A DNA stretch of 63,660 nt, counting the filler, from Hyphochytrium catenoides (lineage: Eukaryota; Protista; Hyphochytriomycota): NCBI GenBank assembly GCA_900088475.1. It is 9 parts of 9 records of this genome, joined end to end, with 100 filler letters (N's around TTAATTAATTAA, not from the genome) between each part and the next. Parts side by side here need not be neighbours in the genome. Positions count along the whole stretch, not along the records: positions 44,734 to 62,235 come from FLMG01001628.1; positions 62,336 to 63,660 come from FLMG01000315.1; 7 more parts are not named here. One strand, given 5' to 3'. The position numbers and the translations under genes are program-made. Each line of letters begins with the position of its first letter. The first letter of the stretch is position 1. Shown here piece by piece: positions 51,083 to 62,419 of the stretch. The notes below the pieces were generated by a model. That model worked only from the letters and a program-made list of their open reading frames with translations, did not search any database and was not told the DNA's origin.

Positions 51083-53095
51083 ATGACTTCGCGCTCGCTT
51101 CACCTCTTTCGGGAGGCTTCCGCGAGCTCTCTCTCTCTCTCTCCATTTCCCCGTCTTGCTTTCAGATACACCTGGCAAAAGAGAGAGAGAGAGAGAGAGA
51201 TTTCTCAGCAGACTGTCGTCATCAAGGGGACAAGAAACATCGGCGGTGGGTGTGCGGCAGCAGGGTTGAGAGGCTGCATTCACAAGTGGGAGAGAGAGAA
51301 AGACAGAGAGGACGAGAGAGAGAGAGAGATGATGAGGATTACCCAGATACGACAGGTTTCTTCTCTCCTTTCTCCTCTTGCTTCGAAGAGATTGGAGAAG
51401 GTGGCTCTCTTCTCTCCCTTTCCTCTGTCCAGCCATGCACGACCTCAAGTTGCTTTGATATGGAGTCTGAGTAGAGAGAGGAAACATAGCCATGGGTAAG
51501 CCTTTCTATACTCTCTCTCTCTCTCTCTCTTCTTCTCCCTATCTCTTCCCCTTCTCACTCTTTCTCTCTCTTTGTGGCATTATCTCTCTCTTTCTGCCTC
51601 TCTTGCTAAATCTTCGTCTTTTCTCTCTCTTTCTCCGCCATTGCATCCCTCTCCACTTCGGGACGCTCTATCGTTTCTTCTCTACTGTTGCCCGGTCTTT
51701 CTATCTGTTTTTCTCTCTCTCTGGCTGTTTACTCTTCTCCCCTTTCCTTTTTCTGTTCTCCTTCTCTCGTCTCTGTCTCTTTCTCTCTCTTTCTCTCCTT
51801 TCTCTCTCTCTCTCTCTCTGTCGACACGTCTTTCTCTAGACTCCCATTCAGAAGCTCTGCTCACTTCTCGGTCACCTCCTCTCTTATTCCCGTTCCTTCT
51901 CCTTACTTGTCTGTTCTCCTTCGCTTCAATCTTCTTCTTACTCGTTCTCTCTCTCTCTCCCCTCTCTTTCTCTCTCTCTCTCTCCAGATCAGGCAATCTC
52001 AGGCGTTTCGTTTCTCTTCCTCCTCTCTCCAAGCAGTGCATCTCGTTCTCTCCTTGTGGCAAAGAGAGAAGGAGAAAGTGTTCTGTTGTCTCTCTCTCTC
52101 TTCCCCAGCACTTCTCCTCCCAGTCCAGGCCTCCTTCGCCTCCCTCTTCTTCCTCCTCTTCTTCTTCTTCGTCTTCCTCTTCTTCTTCTGCCTCTTCTTC
52201 TTCTTCCTCTCTCTACGCTGACCAAGAGAACACATGGGTGGACAAGTATGTTGGCAGCTCTCTTCGGCCGTATTTCAAGCTGGCGAGAGTGGATAGACCG
52301 ATAGGTAGGAAGGCAGAGAGAGAGAGAGAGGAACATAAGAGACCAAGAGCTGAGGAGAGAGACAGAGCAAAAGAGGGAAGAAAGAGAGAGAGAGAGAGAG
52401 AAAGAAAAGGAAGGGAAGGGAACAAGAGGAAAGGCAAGAAAAAGGAAAAGAGGGAGAGAAAGGAAGAGAGAGAGAAGAGAAACGAGAGAGTCAGATGAGG
52501 AAATGCAGACGATAAGAGAGAAAGAAAATAAGAACGAGAGAGAGAGAGAGGGAGAGAGGGAGGGAGAGAATACGCAAGAAAGAGAGAGGACTGGTAGACG
52601 CCACAGAAAGAAGGTGCAAGCTAAATGAAAGGAGAGAAATAGAGGAGATGAGTACAATGGACGGCGCTCAGTCCTTATGTTAGGAGCTTCCCTCCTTAGT
52701 ACGTCTCCACTTCAATGTTGCTCTCTCTCACTCTCTCTTTCTTTTTTATCTCTCTCTCTCTCTCTCTCGGTCTTGCAGGCACGTGGCTTCTCCTATGGCC
52801 CTGCTTCTGGTCCATTGCCATCGCTGCGCCACCTCATCATCTTCCAGATCCTTACCTGATGACTCTCTTCGGTAAGCAGAGGGCCTCTCTCTCTTTCGTC
52901 CTCTCTTCTCTCGTCTTCTCCTCAGCCTCGCCCCACTTGTCTTCTCTCTTTGTCTACTCCCCTCTTTCTGTACCTCAACCATAAAGTTTCTCTCTCTGGA
53001 ACATTCAGCTGTGTCTCTTCCAGTCTTTCTTCTTTTTGGTTCACTCCTTCGCTTGACCCCGTTTCTTTCCTTTACACTTGCCACTTTATCTGTCA

Positions 53096-53135
<40 letters not shown>

Positions 53136-53602
53136 CTCTCCTTCCTCTTTTATCTCTGATCTCTCTCCCCCTTCTCTTTCCCTCTCCCTGGCTAAGCCCT
53201 CTTTTTTCTTCTCCCTATTGCTCTCTCTCTCTCTCTTTCTCTCAGCCACTGGAGCGTTCGTGATGAGAGGCGCAGGTTGTACCATCAATGACATGTGGGA
53301 CAGGAAATATGACCACAAGGTACGCCTTTCTCTCCTCCTCTTCCCTATGTTCCGTTCTCTCTCTTGCTGTCTGTACGTCCGTCTTTCTCTCTCCCTCTCT
53401 CTCTCTCATACTTCTCCTTCTCTCTCTCTCTCATGTTGGCGATAGGTTGAAAGAACAAAAAAACGTCCTCTGGCTGCCGGAGATATTTCTATGGAACAAG
53501 CGCTTGTCTTTTTAGCGGGGCAGCTGAGCGCGGGTCTAATGGTTCTTCTCCAGTTTAACTGGTACAGGTGAGACGTACTTATAAAGACTACGAAGAGGAT
53601 CA

Positions 53603-53633
<31 letters not shown>

Positions 53634-54884
53634 GCAGACTAGAGAATCCTGTGAGAAGATAGACAAGGTGAGAAAGATTTGGCGGCCGGAAGTAGAGAAA
53701 TGCGGTCAAGCAGAGAGACAAGAGAGGACAAAGACAGAATATGCGAAAGACGAGAGGGAAAAAGAGGGAGAGAGAGAGAGAGAAAAAGAGAGACATGTTG
53801 CGGAGAGAAGAACTATCTGACGCAGCGCATTCTGATCCCTTTTGCCTGCCCAGCATCGCACTGGGGGCTTCATCTTTAGGCCTGGTAAGATATCAAGTCT
53901 TTGCTCCTCTTTCGTAAATGCTCTTGTACTCTCTCTCTATGCACTCTCTCTATCGGTTCCTCCTTGCCTCAATCTCTCTCTCTGTCTCTCTCTCTGTCTC
54001 TCTCGCGTTCTTGCTCAAACGATCACAGTTACCCGACATCTTCCTTTCTCTTTTTGGATACATCCTTCTCTGATGGTTCTTCACTTCTTGGCATGCGGTG
54101 CTTGACTCTCTGTTTCTCTCTCTCTCTGTGTATGTCCAATATCTGTTCTCAATGATTTGTTCTATGCTCATCCCATCCATCTTTCTGTTCTCTCTTCTTT
54201 CTCTCTTTCTTCCTCTCTCTCTCTCTCTCTCTCTTCAACCAGTTTAAGGCGTCTCCCTTTCTGTACCTTGGCCACACTCACCCCCAGTAACGGCGTCTCT
54301 CTCTCTCTGTCTCTTTCAGGTGGTCGTCTATCCTTTGATGAAGCGGTACACGCACTGGCCACAATTAGTGTTAGGCTTGGCCTTCAACTGGGGTAGGTGA
54401 CCTCTCTCCCCTCTTCCTCTCTCTCTCTCTCTCTCTCGCGTCACTTATCAATGCTTCTCCTTCTTCTCCTGACCCAGCCTCTCAGATGAAGCTGTTTGCT
54501 CTGCTCTCCCTTCCCCTCGTTGTTTCTCTCTTCCTCTCTTTGCCTCTCTTTCAGTCTCATTTCATATTAATGTCTCAGCTCTCATTCTCTAAACCTCTGC
54601 ATACCGTCTCTCCCTACTCCTAAATGTCTCTTGTCTTTTCCTCGCTGTACAACCACGCATATACTCTCTCTCTCTCTCTCTCTCTCTCTTTCGCTAACAT
54701 CTCTCTTTCGCTTTCGATATGTAACCTCAGGTGCGCTCCTGGGCTGGGCTGCCGTTCACGGGTCTTCTGACTGGTCAGTGACTCTTCCTCTTTATCTCTC
54801 TGGCGTCTCCTGGACCCTTGTCTACGACACCTGGTACGGACATCAGGTAAGCAAACAGGGGACCAGAGCCGGACAAGGAGAGTC

Positions 54885-54923
<39 letters not shown>

Positions 54924-55103
54924 AGGAGAGAGAAAGAAGAACGAGAGAGAAGAGACCTGAGAGAGAGGGACTCAGAGAAACAGAGAGAGACAGAGACAGA
55001 GACAGGGAGAAAGATAGAAAACAGAGACAGAGACAGCGACACAGAGAGAGAGACGGAGGGAGAGGCAGAGAGAGACAAGGAGAGAGAGAGAGAGAGGGGG
55101 GGG

Positions 55104-55134
<31 letters not shown>

Positions 55135-55488
55135 TTGTTCATCCGAGACTCCGATTGAGATTTGGGAGCAAGCTCTCACAGCAAGGGGAAAAAGAAGCAA
55201 GCCGAGAAAGAAAACTAGAAGGAAAACAGACAGAGGAAAACGACGTCAAATAGAAAGAGAGAAGAGACAGGAAGAGAACAATGAGAGAGAAAAAGGCACC
55301 GGGAAGTGAACAGAGGTAGGGGAATGCGATGACAGGAGAGAGAATGGAGATGCGAGAAAAGAAAATGAAGAGAGAATGAGACGGATGCCAGGTTACAGAG
55401 AGACACAGACAGTTACTCAGCGCTGCTTCTGTTTCCNNNNNNNNNNNNNNNNNNNNNNNNNNNNNNNNNNNNNNNNNNNNNNNNNNNN

Positions 55489-55528
<40 letters not shown>

Positions 55529-56136
55529 AGGTGAATGGAACCGTTTGTCAGAGAAAGAAGAAATAAAAGAGAGATTGAAGGAAGAAGAGGGAGAAGGACA
55601 GAGAAAGAAGAGGGAAGCAAAAGGCAGAGGAATAGAATGAAGAGGAAATAAGAGTGAGACAGACATAAAATTAAGAGAGAGGAAACGGAGGACGAGACAT
55701 GTGACAGGGATTTACAGATCAAAACAGGAAAGGAAGGAAAGGCCGAAAAAGCAAAGTAAACGAGAAGGGAGAGAGACAGGAAACATGTGACGCCCCTTGC
55801 AAGGAGCCCGTGAGGGCAGGAGAAATAGAAGGGAAAGATGGACAAGAGCCATTAGAAGTGACTGACAATCTGTTGACCTCTCTCTGACCTCTCTCTCTCC
55901 CTCTCTCTTTCTCTCTTTGTCTCTCTCTCTCTCTCTGTGCCTCTTTCTATTCAGGGTACAACGCTGGGCTTAATTGGCCTTTCTACTGCGGTCTGGCGGC
56001 GACCTCAGCGCACTTTGCCTGGCAGCTGAGCCGAGCGGACATCCACTCGCGAGAGAGCATGAACAGTCTTTTCAAGGCTAACAATGCAGTTGGAGCCTTG
56101 GTCCTTGCAGGCATTGTCGCAGGACGACTCTTCTAA
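51083..56136 (+). CDS. COQ2: 4-hydroxybenzoate polyprenyltransferase (UbiA family), at least 9 exons; start tentative; one exon missing, probably in gap 55437-55488
   Basis: [14 protein letters not shown]|[13 protein letters not shown]; [23 protein letters not shown]|[12 protein letters not shown]; [22 protein letters not shown]|GALLGWAA; [12 protein letters not shown]; FKANNAVG. Confidence 0.95.
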
Positions 56137-56757
56137 GAGATGGCGTCTCTCTTCTTCACTCGCCCTTTTCTCTCTCTCTCTCTCTCTCCTTTCGTTTGAG
56201 GACCTTTATACTAGTTCCACGCCTTTTACTAGTCTTTCCTCTTTCTAACAGCTTTCTGCTTATCTTATTGGCAGGGGTAGAAAAGCGGTAACATGATCTC
56301 TCTCTCTCCCTCTCTCTTCTTTCTCTTCCTTCTCTCTCCATCTTTTCGCTGCGTCTTCACCTGTTTCCTTTACCTCTTATTTGAGAACAAACTCACTCCA
56401 ATAAGTAAAGATCCCATTAAAGCACGACATTCCCTCTCCCGGACAATGCCTTGTTTTGGCCTTCACTTCCTCGTCTCTTTCTCTCTCTTCACGATGTCTC
56501 TCCTCTCTCTCCCTTTGTGTGTCTCCCTCTCCCGCCTTCTCTTTCGAAGTGGCAAGTAAGATGCAACAGAGACAAGATTCTTTTTATGACTCGGAGGACA
56601 GAGGAATAGCAAACTCAGAGATGTGTCCCAATATAGGAGAGAGAGAGAGAGACTAAGACTGATGCCCGGGAGAGAGAAGAGATGCAATCGCGAACAAAAG
56701 ATTACCAAGGAAGAAAGAAAAGAGAAAGAGAGAAAGGCTAAAAGTATGTTCTCTTTA

Positions 56758-58291
56758 TTAGCTTGCCTGGCAGCCTTTCCACCTGGAGAGAGGGATCCAT
56801 CTCTTTTTCTCCCAGTCAAAGAACCGCGGGTGGTGCTGACTGCCATGCCTAACATTCCAGGCATTAAAGACAGAGATCACCTGGTCCAGATTTTCATAGT
56901 TGAACCTAAGCTTGCTCTCTCTTTTTCTCTCTGTCTCTCTTTCTCTCCCGCCTTTCTCTCTCTCAGAGGTAGACGGATAGGCTACGAAGAAGAACTTCCT
57001 CCGTCCAAACTCCACTGTGTACGGGAAAGGTTTGAGAGGGAGAGAGGTGGGCGGGGAAGAGGAAGAGCAGCCTTCCGTCTCTTGGTTCTCTCTTTGTGTC
57101 TCTCTCTCTTCCTTTTCTTCTCTCTCTCCAACAGCCCGCCTGGCTAGCGTGTCAAAGTCATAATTGTGCGGAAGACCCAAGACAAGGAGGTCGCAAAGAG
57201 AGGGAGCAATCTCTCCTACAATCTCTCCCATAGAGAGAGAGCCTAAGTGAAGCTCAGAGATTCTCTCCTGGGAAGAGTAGTTTGTCCCTCCCCAGGGAGG
57301 ATCCATGTAGAGAATATCTTGATGAAGAGAGGAATAGAGAAGAGAAAAGTCTCCCTCGATCACGTTGACCCTTTCTCTCTCTTGGAGAGAAGCAACAGTA
57401 GTGTCTTCTCCTGCTTGGGATGTCTCTCCTCTCTTCATTCTCTTGGGATCAGCCTCCGTTCTTTCCTCTTTCTCTCCCTCGTTCTCTCTTCTCCCGCTGC
57501 TCTCTTCCTCTCTCGTTTCGTTTTTTGTCTCTTCTCTCTCCGTGCAAAGCCTAAGATTATGCCTAAGATATTCTGCTCTTTGTGGGTCCATTTCCACTGC
57601 GTTGACTCTTGAGAAGAACTGAGAGAAAGAGAGAGAGTTCCCTCCGATACAAGCACCTGCATCGGTGATAGTCAGGTCCACTCTTCCTTTCTCTCTCTCT
57701 TTTTGAAGTCTCTCTCTCTCGCCCATCTTTCTCTTCTCACTTTCCTCTCTCTCATTGGTTTCCAGCTCTTTTCTCTCTCCCACAATTAAGCTTAAGCTTT
57801 CTCCCGCAGACGCACCGTCTCCCACTTCTACCGAATCATCTTCTCTCTCTCTTTTTCTCTCTCTCTTGCTCTGTCTTTCTCCCTCTCCTTCTCTCTCTTT
57901 CCTCTCTCTCTCTGCCCCTCCAACCTCGGCAATAGCGGCCAAGAGAGAGGAGAGACGGTCCGCCGAGGGCTGGTCCATGACAGAAAAGACGGCGACAGAG
58001 TCCAAGAGAAGTCTCTTTCTCTTCTCATATAAAATGTTAGGGAAGAGATGGTCTCGCTTGTCTGTTGTAGGAGAGAGCTCGATGGGAAAGCCGTCAAACG
58101 TCTGCGAGAAGGAGAGAGAAAAGGAGAGAGAAATGACAAAGGGACAGAGTGAAAGAGTCAGAAGAGAGAGAGAGAGAGAGAGAGAGGGGCGAGGGGAGAA
58201 GGAGAAGAGGTAGAGTGAGNNNNNNNNNNNNNNNNNNNNNNNNNNNNNNNNNNNNNNNNNNNNNNNNNNNNNNNNNNNNNNNNNNNNNNNN

Positions 58292-58334
<43 letters not shown>

Positions 58335-58502
58335 AGATGACCAGCGGAAGTGGAGAGGAGAAAGAGAGAGAGACAAGAAGAGGATGATCAATAAAAAGAG
58401 AGAAAGGAAGCAATAGATTAGGAAGGCCAACGCAGGACGCACGTCAGGGAACAAAGAGAGATTAAAGATGGTGCTGACCACCAGAATAGCGGGAAAGAGG
58501 AG

Positions 58503-58587
<85 letters not shown>

Positions 58588-58881
58588 CAAGCAAAAACGA
58601 GAGAGACTCATCCATACCATTGACCCTTCCAGAGCTTGCAAAGCCTGTTGCCCCTTCTCTCTTGAGAGAAAGAGAACCGTTCCCCATCCTCTCGTTCTCC
58701 CTGTCGCGTCCTCTGCCAAGGTTATTTTCTTAGGCTTAAACGGCTTGAAGGCGCCTTTCAGGTACGCTCGGACTCTCTTCTTGTCTCTCTCTCCCAGCGG
58801 CAGATTGCCCAGGAAGAGAGAGTAACGGGAAGAAGAGGATGAAGAGAGAGAAGAGGATGGAGGGGGAGAGGAAGTGGACAT
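56758..58881 (-). CDS. RRM + Tgs-like RNA cap guanine-N2 methyltransferase, 2 exons (58881-58618, 58101-56758)
   Basis: RRM: SLFLGNLP (RNP2) and GRTRGWGTVLF (RNP1), completed by |TFDGFPIEL. MTase: ITDAGACIGGNSLSFS, VNAVEMD..R..L.HNL, VIEGDF, QDILYMDPPWGGTNY, LPHNYD. Phase-0 GTATGG..CAG intron. Confidence 0.85.
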
Positions 58882-60515
58882 GTCTCCACTCTCTTTCTTA
58901 GCTGTCTTTCTTTTTCTCTTATTCTGTCTCTCTCTTTCTCTCTCCTACTCTCTCTCTCTCTCTCTCTTCCTCGCTCTCTCTCGTGCCACCTGCTGAGATT
59001 GGTGTCGATAGGAGGAAAAGCCAAGGAGAGAAGAGGGTTAGTAGGGTCCTAGAATGAGTCTTCTCTTTATTTATGTCTCTTGCTCTCTCTCTCTTGCTCT
59101 TTCCCTTGCTTGCTCTCTCTCTCGGAAGAGAGAGGTTTCACGGAGCAGGGGCAGAAGAGAGATGGACCTCAAAAGAAAGAGGAGAGAGAAAGAGGAGAGA
59201 AGAGTGATGGAGAGAGAGACCCAGGGAAGAAAGGACACAAAGAGAGAGGGAGGGAGAGACCATCAGAGACAGACAGGAGAGACAGTAGGGGAGAGACTGA
59301 GCTAGAGGAGCTGCTAGAGGGCGACCTGAAGGGAGAGAGAGAGACGAAGAAGAGAGCACCAGCAGGAGAGAGAGAAAGAGAATAATGGTTCTGATGACTG
59401 ATGGCGCAGGTTTGAATGCCTGAAAGCTCCGTTACCGGTACAACCAATATAGAGGAAGAAGAGCAAGAGAGAGAGAGACAGAGAGAGTAAGAGAGAGAGA
59501 GAGAGAGACAAATTGAGGAGGGTAAGAGACAGAGAGAGTAGGAGAGAGAGGCAAAGAGAGAGAGAGAGAGAGAGGGAGAAAGAGAGAGCGAGAGAAAGAG
59601 AAAGAGAGAGAGAGAGAGAGAGACAAATAGAGGAGAGTAAGAGACAGAGAGATTAGGAGAGAGAAGCAAAGAGAGAGAGAGAGAGAGAGGGAGAAAGAGA
59701 GAGCGAGAGAAAGAGAAAGAGAGAGAGATTGAGAGAGAGAGNNNNNNNNNNNNNNNNNNNNNNNNNNNNNNNNNNNNNNNNNGAGAGAGAGAGAGAGAGA
59801 GAGTGAGAGAGAGACAGAGAGAGGAATCTGCAGTCTGCACAGATCTGATTCTCCTGCTAACCTTTGTCGCCAACTTGTCAATCTCTTCAAAAGGAAGAGA
59901 GAGAGCAAGCGAGAAAAGCTCACTATCACTCATCACAACTATCTATTTACTCACTAGAAGCTTGGTCATTTCTCTCTCCCTGAACCTTTTACCTTCTCTC
60001 TCTCTTCTCTCCTTGTGTTTCTACTNNNNNNNNNNNNNNNNNNNNNNNNNNNNNNNNNNNNNNNNNNNNNNNNNNNNNNNNNNNNNNNNNNNNNNNNNNN
60101 NNNNNNNNNNNNNNNNNNNNNNNNNNNNNNNNNNNNNNNNNNNNNNNNNNNNNNNNNNNNNNNNNNNNNNNNNNNNNNNNNNNNNNNNNNNNNNNNNNNN
60201 NNNNNNNNNNNNNNNNNNNNNNNNNNNNNNNNNNNNNNNNNNNNNNNNNNNNNNNNNNNNNNNNNNNNNNNNNNNNNNNNNNNNNNNNNNNNNNNNNNNN
60301 NNNNNNNNNNNNNNNNNNNNNNNNNNNACAACTATCTATTTACTCACTAGAAGCTTGGTCATTTCTCCCTCCCTGAGCCTTTTACCTTCTCTCTCTCTTC
60401 TCTCCTTTTGTTTCTACTCGAAGTCCATCCTTTTCCCGCTCTCTCTCGCTCACTGCCCGTTGACCATTCCCTCTTCTCTCTCTCAGGGCTAGAAGAGCCT
60501 TGCCCTAGAGAGAAC

Positions 60516-60546
<31 letters not shown>

Positions 60547-60559
60547 GGAGATAGCAAGT

Positions 60560-60698
60560 ATGGGCAAGGTCATTGACAGCATTCGTCAGGCGCAGAGAGA
60601 TGGAGGGACCACCGTCTCTTTCGAGTTCTTTCCCGCTAAGACTCCCGCAGGAATCAACAATTTGCTGGCAAGGGTGAGTCCTGATGCTAATCTCTCTC

Positions 60699-60745
<47 letters not shown>

Positions 60746-61167
60746 CTTATCTATCTATCTATCTCTTTCTTTCTTCTCTCTCTCTCGATTCTCCTCTCTC
60801 CCTTCTTTTGGCTGTTTTCCTCTCATTCGCCTGTCTGCTCGCTCGGTGCTCCTTTCCTGTCCTCCCTCTCCCTTTCTGCCTTTCTCTCTCTGTCTCTCTC
60901 CTTTCCCGCCTTTCTGTTTCCCTGTAGCTCTTTCTTTTTTGCACTTTCGCCTCCTTCCTACACATCGTGCTCTCTTTCCATCTCGCTTACCGCTTACTGT
61001 CTGGCGAATGCCTCACTCTTCCTTCCTCTATCTCTTTTTCCCTCTCTCTCTCTCTCCCCTCTCTCTCCTCTCTCTCTCACACTCTCTTCCTTTCTGTCTT
61101 CCTCTCTCTTTCTCTTTTTCCCTCTTTTTGCTGTCTGGCGCCTGCTCACGGCTTATGGTCCTCTCCC

Positions 61168-61228
<61 letters not shown>

Positions 61229-61390
61229 GGTAGGTAGAGGAGATGGCGGTTGCTCTGCGCCCAACCTTCGTGACTCTGACTTGGCGCTCTGCCTTCGAAG
61301 ACGAGAAGCTCTGGCTCTCGATCGGCTCCATCATCCAGAAAGAGTTCAACATAGATGTCGTCCTTCATCTCACCTGCCACTTACCTAAAG

Positions 61391-61429
<39 letters not shown>

Positions 61430-61806
61430 TCTTAGCCTCTGCGCGTTCGGTCGTGCGTTCTTCTCTCTCCTCTTCTCCCCACCTCCCATCGTTTTGGGCC
61501 TCCTCTCTCTATATATATGTATGTCCTTTCCTCTCTCTGTCTCCTCTCCCTTCCCTCGCTCTTTCTCCTTTCTCTCTTTTCTTCTCTTTTCTCTCTTTTC
61601 TTCTCTCCTCTCTGTTCCTTGTGCCTGCAGTGTCTTCCATGTCTCTCTCCTTTTCTCCGCTCAATCAGCTTTTCTTTCCTTCTCTTAATGCTCTCTACTC
61701 CTTTTCCCATAATATAACTCTGCCTAGCTCAATGTGTTTTTCTCTCTCTCTTCTTCTCTATCCTTGGTCTTCCTTTCTCTCTCTCTCTTCTTCCCTATCC
61801 TTGGTC

Positions 61807-61853
<47 letters not shown>

Positions 61854-62224
61854 TTCTCTCTCTCTCTCTCTCTCTTTCCCCCCGCCCCCCTTCTCTCATC
61901 TCTCTTTCTCTCTCTCTCCCATTCTCCCTCGCCTTCACTTTTCACACTTTTGTCTCTCTCCTTCCGTTGCTCTCTAACTTACACTCTCTCTTTTTCTCTC
62001 CGGGCTATCTCTTTCTGTTCTTTCCTTGCTTCATCCGTCTCATTCCTCTTCCCTCTTTCTTCCCTCCTCTCTCTTTCCCTCCCCCTCTCTCCCCCTCTCT
62101 CTCTCCCTCTCTCTCTCCCTCTGTCTCTGTCTCTCTCTCTTCCAGGACCTGAAACGGATTCTACGGAACTGTCGAGAGGCCGGTATTCGGAATATCCTTG
62201 CCCTCAGAGGTGATCCTCCTATAG
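60560..62224 (+). CDS. MTHFR: Methylenetetrahydrofolate reductase, 3'-partial, 3 exons visible
   Basis: VSFEFFPAKT..|..LRPTFVTLTW..VVLHLTC|..AGIRNILALRGDPP. Confidence 0.93.
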
Positions 62225-62235
62225 GTGAGAGCAGG

Positions 62236-62335
62236 NNNNNNNNNNNNNNNNNNNNNNNNNNNNNNNNNNNNNNNNNNNNTTAATTAATTAANNNNNNNNN
62301 NNNNNNNNNNNNNNNNNNNNNNNNNNNNNNNNNNN
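62236..62335. other. Artificial contig spacer
   Basis: N run + TTAATTAATTAA + N run. Confidence 0.97.
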
Positions 62336-62356
62336 TCTCTCTCTCTCTCTCTCTCT

Positions 62357-62419
62357 CTTCCCTTTCTTCCCTTTCTTCCCTTTCTTCCCTTTCTTCCCTT
62401 TCTTCCCTTTCTTCCGTTT
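62357..62419. repeat. 9-nt tandem repeat (CTTCCCTTT)n, about 7 copies
   Basis: Directly visible. Confidence 0.85.

Larger units (their letters stand above)
1220..62356. repeat. Pervasive dispersed (GA)n/(CT)n microsatellites and degenerate homopurine/homopyrimidine tracts
   Basis: Numerous tracts in introns, gene flanks and some exons. Many internal N gaps abut them. They are largely absent from pieces 16707-19939, 29433-30682 and 42486-44633. Confidence 0.97.

Noticed and set aside
54847-55954. COQ2 lacking the second Asp-rich segment (possible pseudogene)
   Set aside because: An N gap at 55437-55488 lies where the exon is expected, and all visible exons are intact.
534-56136. Alternative genetic code (stop reassignment)
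   Set aside because: TAA, TAG and TGA end genes at the expected positions, and no in-frame stops appear in conserved exons.
4329-58881. Apparent cluster of snRNP-related genes (CENATAC, DDX20/Gemin3, Tgs-like)
   Set aside because: They lie on three different pieces separated by artificial spacers, so there is no evidence of linkage.
16651-62291. Recurring palindrome TTAATTAATTAA as a biological element
   Set aside because: It is always centred in a uniform 100-nt N spacer, so it is an assembly concatenation linker.
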